Assembly (NCBI GenBank): GCA_038740375.1
Contig: JAVYLW010000002.1
Span: 81,877 to 145,876 of the forward strand
From: Candidatus Pacearchaeota archaeon
GTDB taxonomy: Archaea; Nanobdellota; Nanobdellia; Pacearchaeales; GW2011-AR1
DNA length: 64,000 bases
Reading direction: 5' to 3'
The notes under the pieces were generated by a model, which saw only the letters and a program-made list of their open reading frames with translations, made no database searches and was not told the DNA's origin. Of this stretch, positions 59,465 through 64,000 are shown in pieces. The stretch's first letter is position 1; every line of letters begins with the position of its first letter. The position numbers and the translations under genes were made by a program.

Positions 59465-61204
59465 ATGACAAATCAGATTAAACAACCAATTGTTACAGTA
59501 GCAGGTCATGTTGATCATGGAAAAACAAGTATATTGGACAATATAAGAAAAACAGGAGTTGCAGAAACAGAGCCTGGAGGAATAACACAAAAAATATCAT
59601 TTACTTTAGTACCTCTTGAAAATATAAAAAAAAGATGTCCTTTAATAGAAACAAAAAAAATCAAATTAGATTTTCCAGGATTTTTGTTCATAGATACTCC
59701 AGGACATGCAGCATTTTCTCATTTAAGAAAAAGAGGAGGAAGCTTGGCTGACCTTGCAGTATTAGTAATGGACATAAATGAAGGTATAATGCCTCAAACT
59801 AAAGAAGTGATTGAATTATTAAGATTGAATAAAACACCTTTTATTATAGCATTAAACAAAATAGATAACATTTCAGGATGGAAAAAATTGAGTAATGATT
59901 TAAAAGAATCAATTGAAAATCAATCACAAAATGTAAAATTACAATTTAATGAAAAAGTCTTTACTATAATAGGTTCTCTTCATCATCACGGATTCAAAGC
60001 AAGGTTATATTATGAAATATCTGATTTTACAAAAGAACTTGCACTTATACCGTGTTCAGCAAGAACAGGAGAAGGAATCAATGAATTAATTTTGATGTTA
60101 TGTGGACTATCTCAAAAATTTTTAAAAGAAAATCTAAAACTTGGAAAAATAGGAAGAGGTGTAATATTGGAAATAAAAAAAGAGAGATCTATACAATATA
60201 TTGAATCAATACTTTATGATGGAACCTTGACAAATGAAGATGAAATAGCGATTGCAAGTTTTGATGAGCCAATAATTACAAAAATAAGAATATTAGAAGA
60301 AATTCAAGCAGTATCTTCAAAATTTAAAGCATCAAAAAAAGTAACAGCTTCTACAGGAATAAGAATGCAACTTGTTAATTCAGAAGGAATACTTCCAGGA
60401 ATGCCCTTTATCGTAATAAAAGACAATATAAATGAAATAAAAAAAGAATTCAAAAATGAAATAGAAATAAATATTAAAACTGACAAAAACGGAATAGTCA
60501 TAAAAGCAGATTCTTTAGGAAGTCTTGAAGCATTGATAACTTTATTAAAAGAAAAAAATATAAACATAATTTCAGCAGGTATTGGAAAAATCACAAAAAA
60601 AGATATTTTAATAGCTAAAGCAAATTTAGAAAGTGATCCTATTAATGCTATAATTCTTGGTTTTAATACAGAAGAAGATGAAGAAGCAAAAAATACTGAA
60701 AAAGGAAAAGTTTTGATATTAAAAAATGAAGTTATATATAAACTCATTGAAGATTTATTAAAAATTCAAGAACAAAAAAGAAATGAGATTAAAAAAGAAA
60801 GACTTATGCAACTAGCAACAATATCAAAAATAAGAATTCTCCACAACTTTGTTTTTAGAAATTCTAATCCTGCAATTTTCGGAGTAAGAGTTGAAGCAGG
60901 AAAAATTAAACCAAATATTCCTTTAATGAATGAAAATGGAGAACAAATTGCTCATATAAAAGGAATTCAAGAAAATCAAAAACAATTAGAAGAAGCTCTT
61001 CAAAATCAAGAAGTAGCTATATCACTACCAGGTGTTAATTTTGAACGCCAGCTTAAAGATGTTGAATATTTGTATTCAGATATGTCTGAACAACAATTTA
61101 GAAAATTCAAAGAAAATAAAGACATTCTTTCAAATGAAGAGATTCAAGTTCTTCAAAAGATTGCAGAAATAAAAAGGAAAAAAAATATTTCTTGGGGAAT
61201 ATGA
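59465..61204 (+). CDS. infB: Translation initiation factor aIF5B (archaeal IF-2)
   Basis: PIVTVAGHVDHGKTSILD...GGITQ...PGFLFIDTPGHAAFSHLRKRGGSLADLAVLVMDINEGIMPQT...KTPFIIALNKIDNISGW matches the archaeal/eukaryal IF5B pattern rather than bacterial IF2. Confidence 0.9.
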   Translation: MTNQIKQPIVTVAGHVDHGKTSILDNIRKTGVAETEPGGITQKISFTLVPLENIKKRCPLIETKKIKLDFPGFLFIDTPGHAAFSHLRKRGGSLADLAVLVMDINEGIMPQTKEVIELLRLNKTPFIIALNKIDNISGWKKLSNDLKESIENQSQNVKLQFNEKVFTIIGSLHHHGFKARLYYEISDFTKELALIPCSARTGEGINELILMLCGLSQKFLKENLKLGKIGRGVILEIKKERSIQYIESILYDGTLTNEDEIAIASFDEPIITKIRILEEIQAVSSKFKASKKVTASTGIRMQLVNSEGILPGMPFIVIKDNINEIKKEFKNEIEINIKTDKNGIVIKADSLGSLEALITLLKEKNINIISAGIGKITKKDILIAKANLESDPINAIILGFNTEEDEEAKNTEKGKVLILKNEVIYKLIEDLLKIQEQKRNEIKKERLMQLATISKIRILHNFVFRNSNPAIFGVRVEAGKIKPNIPLMNENGEQIAHIKGIQENQKQLEEALQNQEVAISLPGVNFERQLKDVEYLYSDMSEQQFRKFKENKDILSNEEIQVLQKIAEIKRKKNISWGI

Positions 61205-61309
61205 TAAAATAACAAATAAAAATTATTAAAAGTATTTTAGAATAATTCTAAATAACTATATTATTATTCAAATAATAAATAGTCATTTAATAATTCATAA
61301 AAAAGTTCA

Positions 61310-61837
61310 TTATTTTTTACTAAAATTTTTTTTTGAGAATAATAAATTTTCTATTTTTCTTAATTCTTCATCTGTTGGCTCTAATTCATCAAAATCTTTT
61401 TCTTGAAATAAACTCTCTTCTAATTCTAATCTAGATTCTATTGATTTTTTTATTAATTTTTTGTTAATTCTTGAAACTTTATTGTATAATATTTCATATT
61501 TTCTTTGTAGTTTCTTAATACTCTCTACTTCTTCTTTAGTTTTATTTTCTTTTTTTATTAAATTATTTAGATATTTTTGATACCTTTCATCAACAGTGTT
61601 GAATATAGGATCATAAACCTCATATTTATATTCTCCATTCTCATAACCTTTTATAATACTAATCATAATAAAAAGACACCCTTTAGCACTATTTATTCTC
61701 TCTCCATAGATTTCCTTTATATCAGATAATTTAGCAGGCCTGCCATAATTTTTTTCATTTCTCTGTTTATAATACTTTCTTCTAAGTTCTTCAAGTTTTC
61801 TTACTTTGTCCAAATATTTATCCATGTTAAAATTCAT
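61310..61837 (-). CDS. Hypothetical charged/coiled-coil protein (175 aa)
   Basis: ORF only. K/E-rich with heptad-like stretches, no recognised motif. Confidence 0.4.
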   Translation of the reverse strand: MNFNMDKYLDKVRKLEELRRKYYKQRNEKNYGRPAKLSDIKEIYGERINSAKGCLFIMISIIKGYENGEYKYEVYDPIFNTVDERYQKYLNNLIKKENKTKEEVESIKKLQRKYEILYNKVSRINKKLIKKSIESRLELEESLFQEKDFDELEPTDEELRKIENLLFSKKNFSKK

Positions 61838-62022
61838 TTTTTTAAACTTAAAAATAAAAATATTCTGTAAAATATATATTAAAAAAAATGAATCGTATTA
61901 TATTGACTTTTATTAAAAAAATTAATAGTTGTAAGTATAGTCTTACTCACTTTAGAACAATGTAATAAGTAACCTATTTAAAAAGAAAAAATTAATTCTT
62001 AAAATTGAATGGATAATAATTA

Positions 62023-62784
62023 TCACACAAATTCCTTAATTAAATTATTTTCTAATAAAAATTTAAACCTGTTCCTAAAACTATTTCTTTCTAAAGCAAG
62101 AGTAACTGCAGACCTATTACAACAATCAATATACTCATCTGTAATTTTTATGTATGGAAAAGGAATTCTTTTGTAAAAACAAATATGTCTTGGATGCTGA
62201 GTTTGTATAACTAAATCCCAGTCCTCTAAATAACCAACATATCCTAAACAAATCATAAGATTAATACAATCTGGAATAAAATTCTTACTTTTATCTAATG
62301 TAAATAAACCTCCAATTTCATAGATTTTATTAGAATTTTCATAAATACTCAAAAATTTCTTTAAATTTTCCTTATCTTTTTGCCTAATTGTTGATTCGCT
62401 CCATGGATTATCATGACACCCCCCTGCAATCCTAACTGCTAAATCCCTCAATTTATAATGATTCATTAAATTTAGTTCAGTAGGTAATATTCCATAAGGA
62501 TTATCTTTATTAATGACTTTCAAAGCACAAACAATTCCATCATCAGAATCTAAAACAAAAAATCTAGCAAAACTATCAAAAGGATCAACTCCTCCAATTT
62601 TAGACTCTTTAATCCCTCTTTTATTATAATACAGTGACCTTAGCGAGATTAACATATTTTTTTCAAAAGAATCTTTTACCTCTCTAAAGAAAAAATTTTG
62701 TTTTTTTAATTTACTTTCAAGGTTATTAAAAAGTTTATTATTTATAACACTCCTATTTTCTTCATAAAATATATTTGTCGTCAT
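62023..62784 (-). CDS. Hypothetical protein, possibly a GNAT-fold N-acyl synthase of the FeeM/LuxI-like type
   Basis: LRSLYYNKRGI...GGVDPFDSFARFFVLDSDDGIVCALKVINKDNPYGILPTE resembles the (R.rvF..gw...E.D.fD..a.hlv....g.vvG..Rl....lp.e) core. The C-terminal HPRHICFYKRIPFPYI resembles the ...h..fY.r.GF... segment. Pattern-level only. Confidence 0.3.
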   Translation of the reverse strand: MTTNIFYEENRSVINNKLFNNLESKLKKQNFFFREVKDSFEKNMLISLRSLYYNKRGIKESKIGGVDPFDSFARFFVLDSDDGIVCALKVINKDNPYGILPTELNLMNHYKLRDLAVRIAGGCHDNPWSESTIRQKDKENLKKFLSIYENSNKIYEIGGLFTLDKSKNFIPDCINLMICLGYVGYLEDWDLVIQTQHPRHICFYKRIPFPYIKITDEYIDCCNRSAVTLALERNSFRNRFKFLLENNLIKEFV

Positions 62785-62798
62785 TATACTACACTACA

Positions 62799-62882
62799 AT
62801 TTTTATAAAATATTAAAATTTAATTTTTAAATACTTAACTATTTTTATAAAATATTAAAATTTAATTTTTAAATATTTAACT
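62799..62882. repeat. 42-bp tandem duplication (2 copies, 1 mismatch) in a divergent intergenic region; contains a TATA-box-like tttttataaaat
   Basis: 62799-62840 reads atttttataaaatattaaaatttaatttttaaatacttaact. 62841-62882 is identical except for a c>t change. Confidence 0.9.
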
Positions 62883-63063
62883 AAATGGATGAATATAAAC
62901 TAAAATAGATAATACAAGATATATAATAAACAATAAAAATAAAATATATAAATGAAAATTATTGCTAAAAATTAAATTAAGTAAGAAAAAATAATAAAAA
63001 AATAAAAACAAGAGATTAAAATTATTTTTAGAAAAATTATTTACGAGAAGTTTAAGAATAAAA

Positions 63064-64000
63064 ATGATAACAACAAAAATAATAAAACCTAAAAAAACTT
63101 TAGAAAAAAAATTTAAAAGTTTAAAAAAATATGACGGATTTTCTTCTGAAATATTTAATGAAACAGAAATAAATAAAAGATATTTAAAAAAAAGAAATAA
63201 AGAATTAGGAAAAATTATTCAAAAATATATAAATGAAAGTGAAGAATTCAAGAAAGAGCATTATGAAGAATATATGCAAGCAAGATATGAATTAGCAGAA
63301 ATTAACGATCCTTATGCTTTGTATATTGTTAAAAAAAGATATGATTATTTAAAAGCAACTAATCAAGAAAAAATTCAAGCAGCAAGATTAGGAATATTTA
63401 GAGCAACAAAAGACTATAATCCCAAATACAATTTTTCAGTGTACGCTAATAATAAAATAAGAGCTCAAATGAGTATTCTTGCTCAAGAAATATCAGATTC
63501 CAAAAATGCAGTTCATATTCCGTTAAACTCTAAATCAAAAATATTCAAGTTAGAATTTATTGAAAATAAACTAAAAGAAAAATTAAAAAGAGAGCCTACA
63601 ACTGAAGAATTATCCGATGAATATAATGATATATTTAAAAAAAATAAAATTTCAATAAAAAAATCTGAAATTGAAATAATTAAAAAATTTATAAAAGAAA
63701 AAGAAACATATTCAATAGAAAGAGATTTATATGATTACATAAATAAAAAAATAAATACTCAAACAAAGAGCCCTTTAGAAATTTTAATTTGTAATGAAGA
63801 AAATGAATCTATTAAAAACATATGTAATAAATTTTTACAAAATCTAAATTCTCTTGAAAGAGAAATATTTTATTTAAAATTTGGTGAACTTAAAAATAAA
63901 AAAGAAATAATAAAAACTATAAAAGAAAAAAGAAATGTCAAATGCTCAAAAAAAAGTCTTGAAAAAACTATATCAGAAATTAGTGAAAAATTTATAGAAA
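63064..64000 (+). CDS. Sigma-70 family RNA polymerase sigma factor-like protein (3'-partial; runs off the window)
   Basis: Not in the supplied ORF track. My manual translation from ATG 63064 is open for 312 codons. [87 protein letters not shown] aligns with RpoD regions 2.2-3.0 ([37 protein letters not shown]...IRIPVH...[10 protein letters not shown]). [15 protein letters not shown] resembles region 4 (L..rE..vl.lRfG). Confidence 0.65.
   Translation, partial: [312 protein letters not shown]

Noticed and set aside
155-60747. Many 60-150-aa ORFs in the six-frame track lie antisense to or inside larger genes. Examples: 155-397, 5179-5400, 10693-10905, 12230-12439, 19843-20028, 23827-24081, 24981-25196, 26326-26733, 28629-28832, 31287-31553, 32812-33036, 36171-36401, 36663-36854, 38116-38310, 40197-40433, 41109-41330, 42217-42432, 44849-45064, 51884-52180, 52970-53155, 54497-54730, 54845-55126 and 60304-60747.
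   Set aside because: Each is fully embedded in a longer ORF with clear family motifs on the other strand or frame. Their products are low-complexity F/I/L/S/K-rich strings with no motifs, so they are shadow ORFs.
1-64000. Alternative interpretation that the contig is from a CPR bacterium, prompted by the sigma-70-like ORF, class I GAPDH, long AhcY and Wzm/Wzt.
   Set aside because: aIF5B, archaeal-type uS10, short TIM, ApgM, PGI/PMI, the Dph2 fragment and DUF123 are archaeal signatures spread across the window. No bacterial translation or transcription core gene is seen. A chimeric join near 61-63 kb remains to be excluded by read mapping.

Overview
This window is very AT-rich and gene-dense, with about 60 genes and many 1-20 nt gaps or overlaps. 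I read it as a chromosomal segment of a reduced-genome, DPANN-like archaeon. The domain call rests on an archaeal/eukaryal-type aIF5B, archaeal uS10, a short archaeal-type TIM, archaeal ApgM, an archaeal PGI/PMI and a Dph2 (diphthamide) fragment. All family assignments were made by eye from motifs; no searches were run and no GC value was computed.

Contents:
- A 1754-aa membrane-anchored, Cys-rich surface protein carrying a thioredoxin domain and two HExxH modules.
- Two glycan synthesis/export clusters (GT2, GT4, GT-C-like, Wzm/Wzt-type ABC exporter, Dpm1-GtrA fusion, CE4 deacetylase).
- A GlcD-type FAD oxidase flanked by the two halves of a split GlcF.
- A group-3b-like [NiFe] sulfhydrogenase operon (hydB-hydG-X-hydD-hydA) plus a partial maturation set (hypA, hypC, a HypC-like fusion, an endopeptidase).
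- Almost the whole EMP pathway (ROK kinase, PGI/PMI, PfkB, class I FBA, TIM, GAPDH, PGK, ApgM, enolase).
- A mannoside-type sugar cluster with two GH130 paralogs.
- trxB, ahcY, a ZIP transporter and tRNA-Ser(GGA).

Most unusual observations:
1. An ORF absent from the supplied track (63064 to the window end) looks like a bacterial sigma-70 family protein. It is divergently paired with a FeeM/LuxI-like acyl-synthase candidate across a duplicated promoter-like 42-bp repeat.
2. A degenerate methyltransferase-fold gene is wedged with 1-nt spacers inside the hydrogenase operon.
3. The giant Trx/zincin/Cys-repeat surface protein contains a near-perfect 60-bp tandem repeat.
4. dph2 is truncated or split, and GlcF is split.

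No rRNA, CRISPR array, transposase or integrase was seen.
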